Part shown: in pieces, positions 25,372 to 38,742 of the stretch
Position numbering within the stretch: position 1 is the first letter of the stretch
Layout of the letters: each line of letters begins with the position of its first letter
DNA from: Callorhinchus milii
Taxonomy: Eukaryota
NCBI RefSeq assembly: GCF_018977255.1
Contig: NW_024704742.1
Location: 98,768,001-98,832,000 of the forward strand
DNA length: 64,000 nt
Reading direction: 5' to 3'
Notes under the pieces: model-generated
Seen by the model: the letters and a program-made list of their open reading frames with translations, nothing else
Told to the model about the DNA's origin: nothing
Databases searched by the model: none
Program-made: the position numbers and the translations under genes

Positions 25372-26605
25372 ACAACAACAATAAAATTACATTTGTATAG
25401 CGCCTTTCACATCAGGAGGACATTCCAAGGCGCTGGACAGCCGGGGGTCGGGATTGGGGAGGGTGGACAACAACAACTTGCACTTATATAGTGCCCTCCG
25501 TGCAGGGTAGCATCTCAGAGCGCGTAACAGTGGTGGAGCCTGACTCCCAGCCAGGTGGAGGGGGATGTGGCTGTAGGCAATGTCAAAGCAAAAAGTCTTC
25601 AGGCGGGACTTAAAAAAGTGGAGAGAGGGGGCAAGGCGGAGGGATTGAGGAAGAGTGTTCCAGTGTTTTGGAGCATAGTGGCTGAAAGCACAACCTCCTA
25701 TAGTAGAGTGGAGGGTGCGAGGGACGAGCAGGAGGCCAGTGCCAGTCGAGCGGAGGCGCCAGGTGGTGGGTTGGGGAGTGAGGAGATCAGAGAGTTAGTG
25801 AGGTGCCAGGGAGTGAATGGATTTGAACACGAGAATGAAGGGGGGGATGAAGGATGATTGAAAGCATGGGCGAATAGTTGAGTCTTGAGATGCATCTTGA
25901 AGAAGACAAGGGAGAGGGCGAGGTGGAGGGACTGGGGACTGGAGTTCCAGAGGTTGGGGTTAGAGTGGTTGAAGGCCTGCCCGCCAATGGTGGGGCGGGT
26001 GAGGTGGGGGATGTGAAGCAGGCCAGAGCCCACTGATCGAAAGGAGTGGGCAAGCTGGTAGGGGGCTAGGAGGTCGCAGAGGTAGGGGGGAGCGAGGCCA
26101 TGGAAGGCTTCGAAGCTGAGGATCAGAATCTTGAACAGTATCCTCTGTGTGATGGGAAGCCAGTGTAGTCAAGTCTGGATGTTATGATTATGTGTATGAA
26201 GGTTTTGGCAGCCTGTGGTGTGAGGCAATGGCGGAGCCGGGAGATATTGCGGAGGTGGGGGAATGACACAGATGTGGGGTAATAATAATAATAATCCTTG
26301 CATTTGATATAGCGCTTTTCACATCTTAAAGATGTCCCAAAGCGCTTCACAGAATACACTGTAAAGTGAATTGACTGTATATTTGTGGGCGAACGCGGCA
26401 ACCAATTGCGCACAGCAATGTCCCACAAACAGTCATGGATTGAAAATGACCAATTTATTATTGTTTTGTTTTTTGGAGGGATTATTATAGAAAGGATAGT
26501 TGAGGGTCAGACAAGACGCCAAGGTTCCAGACTGGCTTAGTAAGATGGAGTGTGCATCCTTAGATGGTGATGCTGTCAGTGCCTGAGGCATGGAGGCTTT
26601 CCATG
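25372..26605 (-). mobile_element. Nested cluster: an L2 interrupted by a second L2 subfamily 3' end (~25468-25838) and a SINE (~26280-26490)
   Basis: Two different L2 tails (caacaataaaattacatttg; caacaacttgcacttata); the outer L2 resumes at ~25850 and ~26490. Confidence 0.8.
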
Positions 26606-26629
26606 GCACTTTCCATGTCCAGTACTTTC

Positions 26630-26880
26630 CATGGCAAGCTTTGCAGTTATAGCTGGTTAGATGCCAGCACGCTTTGGAGTCCCCAAGCCTTGATTTTCCA
26701 ATCTGTACCTAATAATTGCCAGAATTAGGTAAGCAGTCCCTCCAGGGAGAGAGTTCCATCCCAATAAATATCTCAGGAAATTCCATGTGTTGGTAGGATG
26801 CATGGAACTCTGTTTGGTTTGGATACTCTTAAGCACAGTAATTCCGCATGTGTTAGACGCCCAGTTGACCCCCAAAAAAC
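26630..26880 (+). repeat. Unclassified dispersed repeat family A
   Basis: Collinear with 14073-14352. Confidence 0.75.
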
Positions 26881-27439
26881 TGTTCCTCTCAATCTGATCC
26901 CTAAGACAAAGTATGTCAATGCCCATGCTCATGGATTATAGGGCAACTGCAGGAGATATTTTGGGTTGAATATCGACATTTAGATGTAAATTTATGTTTA
27001 TGCCAACAAATGTTAATCTCCCTGGAGTGATTTAATAGCCATGAGGAAATGGGAAACCACAGACAGTGAATTGGAACAGAATGAAATAGAGTCAAAACAG
27101 AAATCTGGGAATTGGCACAAAGAGACACAAAGCCGATGTGGAGACTTGACTGTACGGACAGATTCCAACATAGCCAGGAATCAGATGAGCTAACAGGAGC
27201 AGAGCCAGGGAATATTTTAACACATTCAGGATGGTGTCTTTCTCAGAATATACCACAAAATTATCAAATGCCCATTTTACAATGATCTATCCTACATTAT
27301 ATTTTAATTTCCATGCAATTAAAGTTGCATTTGTCACATTACATATTTCAAGCCAGTATCTACCAAACATCACATTTTTCTGGCAAGAAGATACTTAAAG
27401 TTGAAAATTATTAATAGTCAGTACACCAGGCATTGTTGA

Positions 27440-27885
27440 GGCCATACCTAGAGTACCCCATATAGTTCTGGTGACCACAACATTAAGGGGCTGCTCATGC
27501 CCTAAAGGAAGTGAAATGAGAGCAATGAGGATGATCCCCATTATTATAGAAATGAGCCAAGCTAGGGCTCTTCAATGTTGAAAGAAGACAACTCAAGGAG
27601 AACCTTCTAGAAGTACATACATTTTCAAAGGGATTGAAAAAGTAAACCCAGAACAATAGTTTAGGATGCTCCATGACAGTAGAAGAGGACATAGTTCACA
27701 GTTGCAAAAATAAATGTCTTCATTCAGAGGGTAATTAATGACTGGAACAGGTTGCCAGGAAGGGTGGTGAAAAAGTAGTTTTGTTACTGTGATGGGAGGA
27801 TGGTAGGTTAGGTATTCCAGAGAGGTAAAATCAGATGGGCTCTAGGGCTTTCTGCATCTAAATCAATCTTATGATCTTGTGATTT
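27440..27885 (+). mobile_element. CR1 3' fragment (same subfamily as 1-591)
   Basis: RPYLEY, LGLFNVERRQL and FIQRVINDWNRL motifs; cttgtgat tail. Confidence 0.7.
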
Positions 27886-28029
27886 CATTTTCCAGCTGTT
27901 ACACAAAGATTTCTCTCCAGTTATCCAGCTACCTCTACTGAGACATTGACTATTACAGGGGTAAGGATTCTGTGGGCACCAGATGGTTAGGTGTCTTATC
28001 CAGATGGTCATTCTTCAATGTGATGTCAA

Positions 28030-28440
28030 CGTGACTCAGTTGGTGGCATTCTCGCTTCTAGTCAGAAGGCTGTGAGGTCAAGCTCCACATCAGGAATTTG
28101 AACTTACACTTTGATGCAGTGTTGGAGGAGTGCTGAATTGTTGGAGGGACCTCTTTTGGATGAGATATTAAACTGAGGTTCTGTCAGCCTGTTCAGGTGG
28201 ACTTTAAAGATCCAATTGCATTATGCAAAAGCAGAAAGCAATTTCTCCCATTTTAGTGGCCAAAAATCCCACAGAAAAAAGCTAGTCTTTCACTCTATGG
28301 CTGTTGGTGGCACGTTGCTGCACGCAAATTTGCCTATAAAATATACAGTCACAATTCATTAGAGTGAATCCTATGAAGTGCTTTGAGATGTTACAATTAT
28401 GTAATATGGCACTGTAACAAGTGCAAGGATTATTATATAT
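28030..28440 (+). mobile_element. Old Deu-domain SINE
   Basis: gactcagttggt..gtcagaagg head through caaggattatt tail. Confidence 0.7.
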
Positions 28441-29032
28441 TGTTACGTGTAGTTGTGTAGATTTTGGCTGCCTTATCAAAGCAGGAAGTGACAAAGAGGT
28501 GAGAGAAATTCCCTGGTCTTGCACTAATGAAGAAAGCAGGCAATTTACCTTTGATGATCATTTAATGTATCACTAATGACAGTTTTGCTTCTATGAGAAC
28601 ATACTGTTACAGCAGAACAAACCACACATTTACTGACATCACCTAATGGGAACAACATGCAAGTAATAGCAATTGCTTTAGACTGCTTGTGCATCAACTC
28701 CATGCTGTGCTGTGGCTGAGAACTCATATCCACACTGCAGTAACAGATCTTCAAATTGATAGAAATACTAATGGAGATAGAGTAAACAGATTGATTGTTG
28801 TGGTGGGCATTAACGGCAAGCCGCCAAAATATTATTTCCAGCAGGAATCACTGGATCAGGAGCAGGAAGGCTGTTCATTTGATAAGACGCAAAGGCAATG
28901 AGATTTGAGCACAGTCCAAAATAAATCAACAATTCTATTAATCGGCAACGTGAGATATATCCTTCTGCAAGGATCACAGGATTGAAAGTGGCTATTTGTT
29001 TACTTTGGGTGGTGCAAAGTTAGAATGTGTCC

Positions 29033-29782
29033 TCCTTGCCCCTCTACTCACAGACATCATGAACCTGTCCCTGTCCACTGGTACTGTTCCTACCCCATTA
29101 AAAACAGCCATCATCACTCCTATCTTTAAAAAATCCTCCCTGGACCCATCACTGCTCTCAAGCTACTGCCCCATCTCGAACCTCCCTTTCCTCTCCAAGG
29201 TCCTGGAATGAGTTGTTGCTTCGCAGCTTCGCTCCTTCGTTTCCCGACACTCCCTTGACGAACCCCTCCAATTGGGCTTCTGTGCCACCCACAGCACAGA
29301 AACAGTCCTGGTCAAAGTGACAAATGACATTTTGTCCATCTGCGACCAGGGCTCACTCTGCCTCCTCAATTCTGGTCCTCACCTTCAAAGCCCTCCATGC
29401 TCTTGCACCCCCTACCTCTGCGACCTACTAACCCCTTATTATTCTGCCTGGTCCCTCCACTCACCGGGCTCCGGTCTGCTTCACATCCCCCACCTCACCC
29501 GCCCCACCATTGGCAGGTGGGCCTTCAGCCACTCTGCCCCCATCTTCTGGAACTCCATCCCGCAGTCCCTCCGCCTCGCCCCTTTTCTTGCCTCCTTCAA
29601 GACCCATCTCAAGACCCTCCTCTTCAACCGTGCTTTTGATCACCTTGCTTCCCCCCACTGCCGTTCACCCTCCCCTATCTCGACCCCAGCTCGGGTCCGT
29701 AACTCTGTCTGTCCAGTACCTTGGGATATCATCCCGACATGAAAGCCATTAGACGAATGTAATTTTGTTATCGTTGTTGTTG
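29033..29782 (+). mobile_element. L2 with a large internal deletion
   Basis: [13 protein letters not shown] and GFCATHSTETVLVKVTND joined at ~29368 directly to the 3' region; empty site visible in the paralogous copy at 31012/31013. Confidence 0.88.
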
Positions 29783-29884
29783 ATCTCATTGTCTCAGCCC
29801 TACTGAATATCACTGAAGTACACTCTCAGCATTGACTTCCAGAGGTGCTAAAGGAAGGCTGGAATACTGGGAATTTTTCCGAGG

Positions 29885-30093
29885 GTAATAATTCCTTCAA
29901 AAAAAAATATAATAAACTGGTCACTCAATCCATGACTGTTTGTGGGATACTGCTGTGCACAATTGGCTGCCGCATTTCGCCCATAAAATATACAGTCAAT
30001 TCACTTTACAGTATATCCTGTGAAGCGCTTTGAGATGTCTCAAAGACATGATAAGGCACTATATCAAATGGAAGGATTATTATTATTATTATT
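29885..30093 (+). mobile_element. Young SINE, 3' half
   Basis: Deu core and (tta)n tail. Confidence 0.8.
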
Positions 30094-31056
30094 TTGCTAC
30101 TTTTAATCAGTAGTAATTTTTCCTCAAAACTAAAGGTATATTTCAAATAACGTATCATTTTCTCACAAATACTGATTTTTTTCAAAAATACTGAAATTCC
30201 TGAGAAATATTTGGAAACTACCAACACTCAATTTCATCATAATCAAAATAATAATCTTTGCATTTAATATAGTGATTTAACACATTGTCAAACATCCCAA
30301 AATGCTTCACAGGATTTAATGTAAAGTGTAATGTATTCGTGGGCAAATATAGCAGCCAATTTTGCACATAGAATTGACCTACATGGATTGTGTCTGTGGC
30401 CACCCTTGTCTGTGTTGCTGTAGATAAAATAGGTACTGTCTTTGCCCACAAAAACAGTCACTTGACGGCAATTATTTGAAAAGTATTTTATGAATATTTA
30501 GAAGTGATAAGAAAGTCTATAAAATGACCTATTAAAATGCAAGTTCTTTCTTTTCTGACATTTTACATAATACAGTATTGTATTTATCTTCATTTTTTTG
30601 CTATACTTGAATCTACTACTAACCAATTTACTACTAGCCAGTAATAAGGTATTAGACAGGTAAGATAAGGTGATTTATCTTATGTTTGAATCTTCGATTT
30701 GGAGATTTGGAGTAAATTGTAAAGTGTAGAGAATATTTATTTACTTCTTATGAAATAACACAAAGCATCTGTTACTCTCTGAAGCAGATTACTTACAATT
30801 ATACAATGACAGCACTGTTATGTAAGAATGCATTCAGCGACTGGCCTGAAGATAAATTGCTTGCTGTTTGTTTGAAAAGACACAAAAGTAATGAAGTTTG
30901 AGCACAGTCCAAAATAAATCAACAATTCTATTCATTGGCAAAGTGAGATATATCCTTCTGGAATGGACTGCAGGGTTGAAAGTGGCTATTTGTGCAAGGT
31001 TAGAATGTGTCCATCTCATTCTCTCCACCCTACTGAATAACATTGTTTTGTATATA

Positions 31057-32066
31057 GAATCATAGAATCAGAGAATTATACAGCACAGAAGGAGGCCATT
31101 TGGCCCATCATGTCCAAATTAATCCCATTCTCCCCACTCTATCCCCATGGAGCAGCAAATTTTTCCTCCCCAAATATCTATCTACTTCTCTTTTGAAAGT
31201 TGTTATCGAATCAGCTTCCACCACCCTTTCAGGCAATGCAATCCAGATCCGAACAACTCACTTGTGAAAAAATTTCTCCTCACCTCCCCTCTGGTTCCTT
31301 TGGCAACTACTTTAAATCTGTATCTTCTGATTACCGACCTACCCGCCAATGGAAACAGTTTGTCTCTGTTCACCCTATCGAATCCCCTCATTATTTTGAA
31401 CACCTCTATTAAATCTTCCCATTAACCTTGTCTGCTCCAAGGAGATTAATCCTAGCTTCTCTAGCCTCTCCTGATAACTGAAGTCCCTCATTCCTGGTAC
31501 CATCCTGGTAAATCTCCTTTGCACCCTTTCTGAGGCCTTGATATCTGTCCTAAAGTGTGTTGCCCAAAACTGAACACAGTACTCTAGCTGAGGCCTAACC
31601 AGTGTTTCAAAAAGATTCATCATAACTTCCTGACTTTTGTATTCTATGCCCCTATTTATAAAGCCTTAATATCCCGTATGCATTTTTTAACAGCTTTATC
31701 TACCTGTCCTGCCACCTTCAAAGATTACTTATATGAACCCCAGGTCTCTCTGTTCCTTCAACCCCTTTAAGATTGTACCATCTAGTTTATATTGCCTTTC
31801 CTCATTCTTCCTCCCAAAACGCATCACTTTGCATTTCTCTGCATTAAATTTCACCTGCCATGTGTCTGCCCATTTCACCAGTCTGTCTATGTCCACTTGC
31901 AGTCTGCTACTATCCTCCTCACTGTTTACTACTTTTCCTAGCTTTGAATCATCTGCAAAGTTGGAAATTCTACTCCTATATCCAAGTCCGGGTCATTTAT
32001 ATAGAATAAAAAGTCCAGTGGTTCTAAAACCAACCCTTAGGGGATATCACTGTATACTTCCCTCCA
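31057..32066 (-). mobile_element. CR1 LINE, 3' ~1 kb
   Basis: LVRPQLEYCVQFW, ERVQRRFTRMVPG, FKIMRGFDRV; (atagaatc)n tail; flanking GTATATA direct repeat at 31050-31056 and 32067-32073. Confidence 0.92.
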
Positions 32067-34199
32067 GTATATACTCAGTATCAACTTCCAGCAACGCGAA
32101 AGGAATACTGGAATACTGGGACTTTTAAGTCTTTTGCTATGAACAGAGGGATGGAATATAAAAGTGAGGAGGTGATATTGCATTTCTACTAAACCTTGGT
32201 TAGAACACATTTGGAGTATTGTGTTTGAATGAAGAAGCATATAAGAGCAATGAAAGAATTTTTTGCATGCTTTGTAAATCTTTGTAATCAATAGTCATTT
32301 TTCCTTAAATCCAAACATTGAGATAATTTAAATAACATATCATAGCTTACTGATATATATGTATTTACAAATACTGAAATTCGTGAGAAATATTTGGAAA
32401 CTACCAACATTCTCCTCTGAAAAATGATTTAATCATAATAAAAATAATGAACTTTGCATTAGATATAGCACATCATCAAAACATCTCAAAACACTTCACA
32501 GGATTTACTGTAAAGTATAATGGTTTTGTAGGAAAATGTAGCGGCCAATTTGCACATGGAAGTGCCCTACAAACAGCCACAAAATAACCAATTCTATCTG
32601 GCTAGGACCCTGGAGAAACTCCCTTCTCTCTTATGTATTATGTGTTATGTTTCTTAAATAAGCCATCATCAAACCTAAATTTAGTTTATATTATTGTTCT
32701 TGAGAAACGTACAGTACATGAAGAACAACTTTCTCACAATGGTTTGCTACAAACCAGCTTTGTTGAAATGTGGATTTCCTGGAAGTGTAACTCCCATCAC
32801 ACAATGACATCTAGTGGGTGTTGGTTGAATTTCTGTGCACTCAATCTTTCATAGTTTTTAAACAGAGTTTGTGTTCACTCAAATTAAAAAGACACTGACA
32901 TTGCTCTTTTGCATTTCATTTTGACCCCATTATATCTATTAGTTATTCCATCATAATTAGAAAAGGAAGAAGATGAGAAAAAACTTTTGCTTTATTACAT
33001 CAAAGAGTGCTTCATGGTATTTACTGTCTTCTGTCGGCAAACACTGTCATTCCGTCTTCTGTCTCAAGCCATGAGATAAATGACAAATCTATGTGGAGGA
33101 TTGTTGGCCTGGATATTGGGAAATACTAATTTCTCTTTTCAAATAGTTTCACAGGATATCAGGCTTGAACCCACAACATTATAACTCAAAGACAAGAGTG
33201 TTACAAACTATTATGTAAGACAACACTACCTTGACAACCAGAAAACACTTTCGCTTTATTTTCTGGGCTGCATTTGAACACAGGTTCCAAATTAGTTTAT
33301 CCCCACCCAAAACCACCTAGTTCACACTGCAGTTATGTTTTAACATGTGATGTGGTAATTATGTTTACATTGAAGCAGGTAAAGCAAGTGAGTCACTGCC
33401 TCACTGTCTCGCCTGCAGGGTGTTCATTAAGTCCTGTTATCCCCTGTTTTTTTTCTGAAATGAATTTTTATTTTCTGTTGCAGATGAGTCGAGTGTAACA
33501 ATGTCTGATCCCAGTAACTTCCTCCTCACTCCATCCGTGTTACAGAAGAGGTCGCACCCATTCTCTGGACTTCGAAATGCGGTTAAACACTTGTACTGAA
33601 TACAACTAAGTACTTCTAAATACAATTAGCATCATTCTGCCACATGTTTCAGTTGTTGGTCAGTGCACTGTGTAAAACAAATGGGAGTAACAGGACTTTG
33701 TGAACACCCAGTAGATCAGGAAAGTGACTAGATATTCTGAATGTGTAAAGGGCCTGTTGCCACGGTAACAAGACAGCTTGGTTCGGCAAACTCAAATTGG
33801 ACCCCAATCCCCACTGCCCCCCACTGATGTTTCAATCACAGTCCACCCCACCACCCCCTCCACAGACAATTTATGATTGTTTAAACTTTAAAATAAACAT
33901 ATTTCTTAATAAGCCATTGTCAAATTTCTCACGTTGCTAAAAGCGTTGGATAGGGGCAGGAAGTACCACAAATTAGAAAATAAAACCACAGATTTGTAAT
34001 GACATAAATTTAGACACCCAAAAAAATTAGACACCCTGAGATGTAAGTAGGAGTAGGAGACGTGGTCAAATGAAAGTGACAAAATAAGCACAAAAAGTTA
34101 ATCCATGAGACCTAAGAACTCAATCACTATAGCAAAAGGTATTTGGTTAATAAAAATGATCCAGTTAATAAAAATGCTTAAACAAAATATTATCCCTTG

Positions 34200-34995
34200 C
34201 ATCAATTCAATCTAAATGTGTTGTACTGTAAATTTATGGACAAGACGGAAACCATACTCCTTGGCTCCCATCAACATCTTCACCCCTGCGGATCTAAATT
34301 CCTCAACCTTCCTGGGCTCTCCCTCAGACTCACCAGTTCGACCCCAAGCTGTCCTTCCTCTCCCACATCTGCTCCCTGACCAGGACCCCCTTCCTCCACC
34401 TCTGCCACATTGCCCGCCTCCAACCATTACCCCAAATGCAGCCGAAACCATTGTGCATGTGTTTGTCACCTCCCACTTGGATTACTCCGACCCACACCTC
34501 ACCAGTCTCCCCAGCTCCACTATTCACAGGATCTAGTTCATTCAGAACTCTGCCGCCCACCGACTGACTTGGACCAAACTCCGTACCCACATCTCACCAG
34601 TTCTGGCCAGACTCCACTGGCTTCCCATCACTGAACAGATCGTCTTCAAGATCCGCACACTCACACAAATCCCTGGCACCTTCCTACCTCTCCGACCTCC
34701 TCACTCCCCAATCCACCACTCGGCACCTCCGCTCAACTGGCACTGGCCTCCTACTCATCCCTCCCACCCTCCACCCCACCATCGGAGATTGTGCTTTCAG
34801 CCACTACGCCCCAAAACTCTGGAACACTCTCCCTAAATTCCTCCATCTTGCCCCCTCTCTCCACTTTTTCAAGACCCGCCTGAAGACTTTCCTCTTCAAC
34901 CATGCTCCGGCTCGGAGTCAGGCTCCACCACTGTTAAGTGCTCTGAGACGCTACCCTACAAGGAGGGTGCTATATAAATGCAAGTTGTTGTTGTT
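34200..34995 (+). mobile_element. L2 LINE 3' portion
   Basis: KTETILLG and AETIVHVFVTSHLDY motifs; tail gctatataaatgcaag(ttg)n. Confidence 0.85.
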
Positions 34996-36120
34996 ATGTG
35001 GATACCTGATCCCACTTAGGGGCTTCTTTCTATTCCGCATAGAAAATACATAAATATAGTGTGATATAATTACATACATATTCTTATGGTCGACAGCAAC
35101 CTGGCCGATCCCCCAAAAATTGCAAGTAGATTTTCACATTCACATTTGCATTGAACACAAGTATTCCAAAATTATGGCAATAAAATATTCACGAGAAATC
35201 CATCCTCTTTAATTTGCTTTAAATATAAATTCTCAAACAAAACCCGGTGTTCTAAACTGGAGCTTTGTAGCATTGCTTTGTTTCACCACCAGGGAGAGCA
35301 CCATTGCTTTTCCTTCACGATACACAACAAAATCACAAGATGTTCAAGTGAAGACCCTTTGGTACATTTCATCCCATACTTCTGGGATATCAACCCTATC
35401 AATCTTCACATTGCAGTTTCTTTAATAAGTCAAAGTCCAGGCCTTTACTACTCTTCCTGGTAACCTGTTGCAGCTTTAGATTATGCTGTGCAAAACTAGA
35501 ATAATCCTTGCATTTAATATGGCACATCATTGAGACATCTCAAAGCACTTCTCGAGCATTTACTGCAAAATGACTGTGTATTCATAGGTAAACATGGCAG
35601 CCAATTTGGCAACAAACAGCAATGAAGTGGATGTCCAATTTTATTTGGGGAATTGTTGGCCAGGACATTCTGAGAAATTCTGGGAAGTCTGCATGATAGT
35701 GGCTGCACACTAATGTACTGAAGCTAATTTAGATTCCTAAATAAAAACATTTATTCTCATGATGTAATATTGCGTCTAGAGATATGCCATCCTATCCAGG
35801 AGGCCGCACAAGTACCTGTACCTGTCCAAACGGACTGATATGTTCTTTCCAAGTCCTGTATTCTAATGTTTGTCTTCCTAACCAAAGGAATGTTTCACAC
35901 TGGATTACTGCAAGGCAATGCAGAAAGTAATTTGTCTATCTGATTAGAAGATCTCACTGATTAAATGAATTGCAATAAAGTACATTTATAAATCTGTTTT
36001 AATATCACAATTGGAGCAATAATGGCTTATTGTATCCCAAAAATCCTGGCGTGCTTTGAAAGTTGCTGAGCGGTATCATTGAACTGAAGGCAATGATGGA
36101 TCTAGTCCTGGTTAATTGAT

Positions 36121-36425
36121 CAACAAAAACAACTTGCATTTATATAGTGCCCCTCACACTGGGGAGCATCCCAGAGTGCTTGATAGTGGCGGAGCACAAC
36201 ACCGAGCTGGGGGGAGAGGGGAGGTGACCGTAGGCATGATCGGAAAGGAAGGTCTTCAGGTGCAATCTGAAGATAGGGCAGGAAAGAGCAAGGTGGAGGG
36301 ATAGAGGAAGGGTGTTCCAGAGCTTCTGGGTGTAGTGGCTGAAACAGCGGCCACTAATGGTGGAAAGAAGGGCACATTGGACATGCAGGAGGCCATAGCC
36401 AGACGAGCAGAGGCAGTGGGTAGTG
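36121..36425 (-). mobile_element. L2 3' end
   Basis: FSHY..KLWNTLP..LKTFL motif and tail. Confidence 0.8.
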
Positions 36426-36745
36426 ATCAAGTAATACACAAAAGTTTATTAGTGAATCTGCTGTTACAATCCTCTTACAATCCTTGACTGTAACACCAAC
36501 AATTATGAGTTAAGTGATACTTTTATTTATTTGTAATGTGTTTCTTATTCTGTTTCTTATTTAAGGATACGTGCTCAAATGTTTGAATTTCCCCTCCAAT
36601 GTCTGAATAATGTTAGAGACCAACTCAACTCATTTCTGGGGACTGTCATTGTGCATTCAAGGCAACTACAATTGGCCTTTCTGAGCCTTTTCAGGGTATA
36701 TTGGCATAACTTAGCCTTAGTTTTGCAATACAGTCGAACCAATTT

Positions 36746-37054
36746 ATAATAATAATAATCCTTGCATTTGATATAGCGCTTTTTCACGTCTTCTAGGCAT
36801 CTCAAAGCGTTTCACAGAATAGACTGTAAAGTGAATTGACTGGATATTTGTGGGCGAAACGTGGCAGCCAATTGCGCACAGCAGTGTCCCACAAACAGTC
36901 GTGGATTGAAGTGATCAATTTTATTATTGTTTTTTTGAAGGATTATCATCAGGCGTGTGGAGTAAGGAAATTTGCCCAAGGTTTCGCCCTGCCAGGAATC
37001 AAACCCAGGTCCCTTGCCTGTGAAGCGAGTTTATTAACCGCTGAGCTACAGGGC
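36746..37054 (-). mobile_element. Young tRNA/Deu SINE, full length
   Basis: Reverse-complement copy of the 21504-21820 family. Confidence 0.88.
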
Positions 37055-37761
37055 GTTGTACAGATCACAGGTGAGGTCACCTTCCTGAAACATAGTCTGC
37101 AGTTTCAGCCTTAATAAATACATTTATTTTTTTATTAAGGCTTATAAATAAATAAGGTCGTCCATGTAGGCTTCCCAACTTCCGGGTCATCAAGTTACTG
37201 CTAATGTTACTTCCTGTATACTGCGCATATGCAACCCAGGTTAAGTGGGGTTATATAATGACCCCAAGTTGACCATTTTTAGCATAGGAGCCTCATTATA
37301 AGGCAGGTTGGATTTAATGGACCTCAACTACCACTTTAAAATAGTGTACTTTACTGGTTGAATATGTTGTGCTCGTAAACTGCAATCCAATTCTTGCTCA
37401 AAAGATTTTAGCTGAGGGCATCAACTGACACTTTTTAAAAAAGGGGAAATGGGATTCTTCCAGTGTCCTGGCCAATAATTCTCTGGAATCAATGATCATT
37501 TGCCTCATGGCTCTTTGTTGGAATCTGCTTCCACAAATAGCTAATGTGTTTGCATTCAGAAACAGTCATTGACAGTAATTGTTTGTGAAGAGCTTTGAGA
37601 TGTTTTGACATGATAAAGTGCTATAAAAATGCAAGTTCTTTCCTTTAATGCTACTTTTCCCCCAAAAGAAAGACATGCTGTTAACCCTGCAAGCTAAAGC
37701 ACTAAGGGATAGGGTATTCCTAGCTGGACGGGCAGCTGGAAAGCTTGCCGGACAGCAATAT

Positions 37762-38742
37762 CAATGGCAAGCTATGCAGTTTTAGCTGGTTACTTCAGCA
37801 CTCCAGCAGTACCCTAATGCACACTCTGGGGTCCTCAAGCCTTGGCTCTTGCCAACCTGTGCCTAATGCCTTCCAGAATTAAGTAAGCAGGAGGTGTCCC
37901 TCCAGGGAGAGAGTGCACATTCTATTTCAACAATCGATCTCTGGAATTTCCATGTGCAGGTGGGAGGCTTGGAAATCCCCTCACGCTGCTGAAACCCTAG
38001 TTCACGCCTTTGTCACCTCAAGGCTGGACTATGGGAACTCTCTCCTCGCCGGCCTTCCCGCCACCTCTCTCCACAAACTGCAGGTCATTCAGAACTCTGC
38101 AGCTCATGTACTGTCCCGCACCAGGCTTCGGGACCACATCACTCCCACCCTCGCTCGCCTCCACTGGCTCCCCATCCCCCAGAGGATTGATTTCAAGATC
38201 CTCATCCTTACCTACAAGGCCATTCACGGCCTTGCTCCCTCCTACCTCTCCAACCTACTATCCCCCTACCTACCTGCCCGTACCCTCCGTTCCTCTGGCT
38301 CCGGTCTGCTCCACGTCCCCCGCCCCAACCGCCCTACCATCGGTGGTCGGGCCTTCAGCCTCTCAGCCCCCAGGCTCTGGAACTCTATCCCCCAGTGCCT
38401 TCGCCGCCTCCTCCCTTTCCTCCTTCAAGGCCGGTCTCAAAACCTTTCTCTTTGACCGAGCCTTCAGCTCCCCTCTCGACTCTCTTCCCCCTCCTCGCTC
38501 CCTCCCTTCCCTCCCCTCACCCTGACCATTTCCCCCCTCCTTGCTCCCTCCCTTCCCTCCCCTCACCCTGACCATTTCCCCCCTGCTCGGGTCATGACCC
38601 AACTGTGCAGCGCTTTGGGACGTCCTCCTGACGTGAAAGGCGCTTTATAAATGGAATCTTGTTGTTGTTGTTGTTTGGTTTGGTTCCTCTTAAGCATGGT
38701 GATGGGTTTCCGCATGTGTCAGATATCCGGCTGACCAAAAAA
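37762..38742 (+). repeat. Repeat family A copy split by an L2 insertion (A parts ~37762-37962 and ~38673-38742)
   Basis: Family A sequence stops before the L2 and resumes (tttggtttgg..cttaagcatggtgatgggtttcc) right after the (ttg)n tail. Confidence 0.75.
37977..38672 (+). mobile_element. Young L2 3' end, near-identical to 15829-16480
   Basis: PHAAETLVHAFVTSRLDYGNSLLAGLP..LHWLPIPQRIDFKIL; same CLRRLLPFLLQGRSQ reading; ~40-bp tandem duplication in the 3' UTR. Confidence 0.92.
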
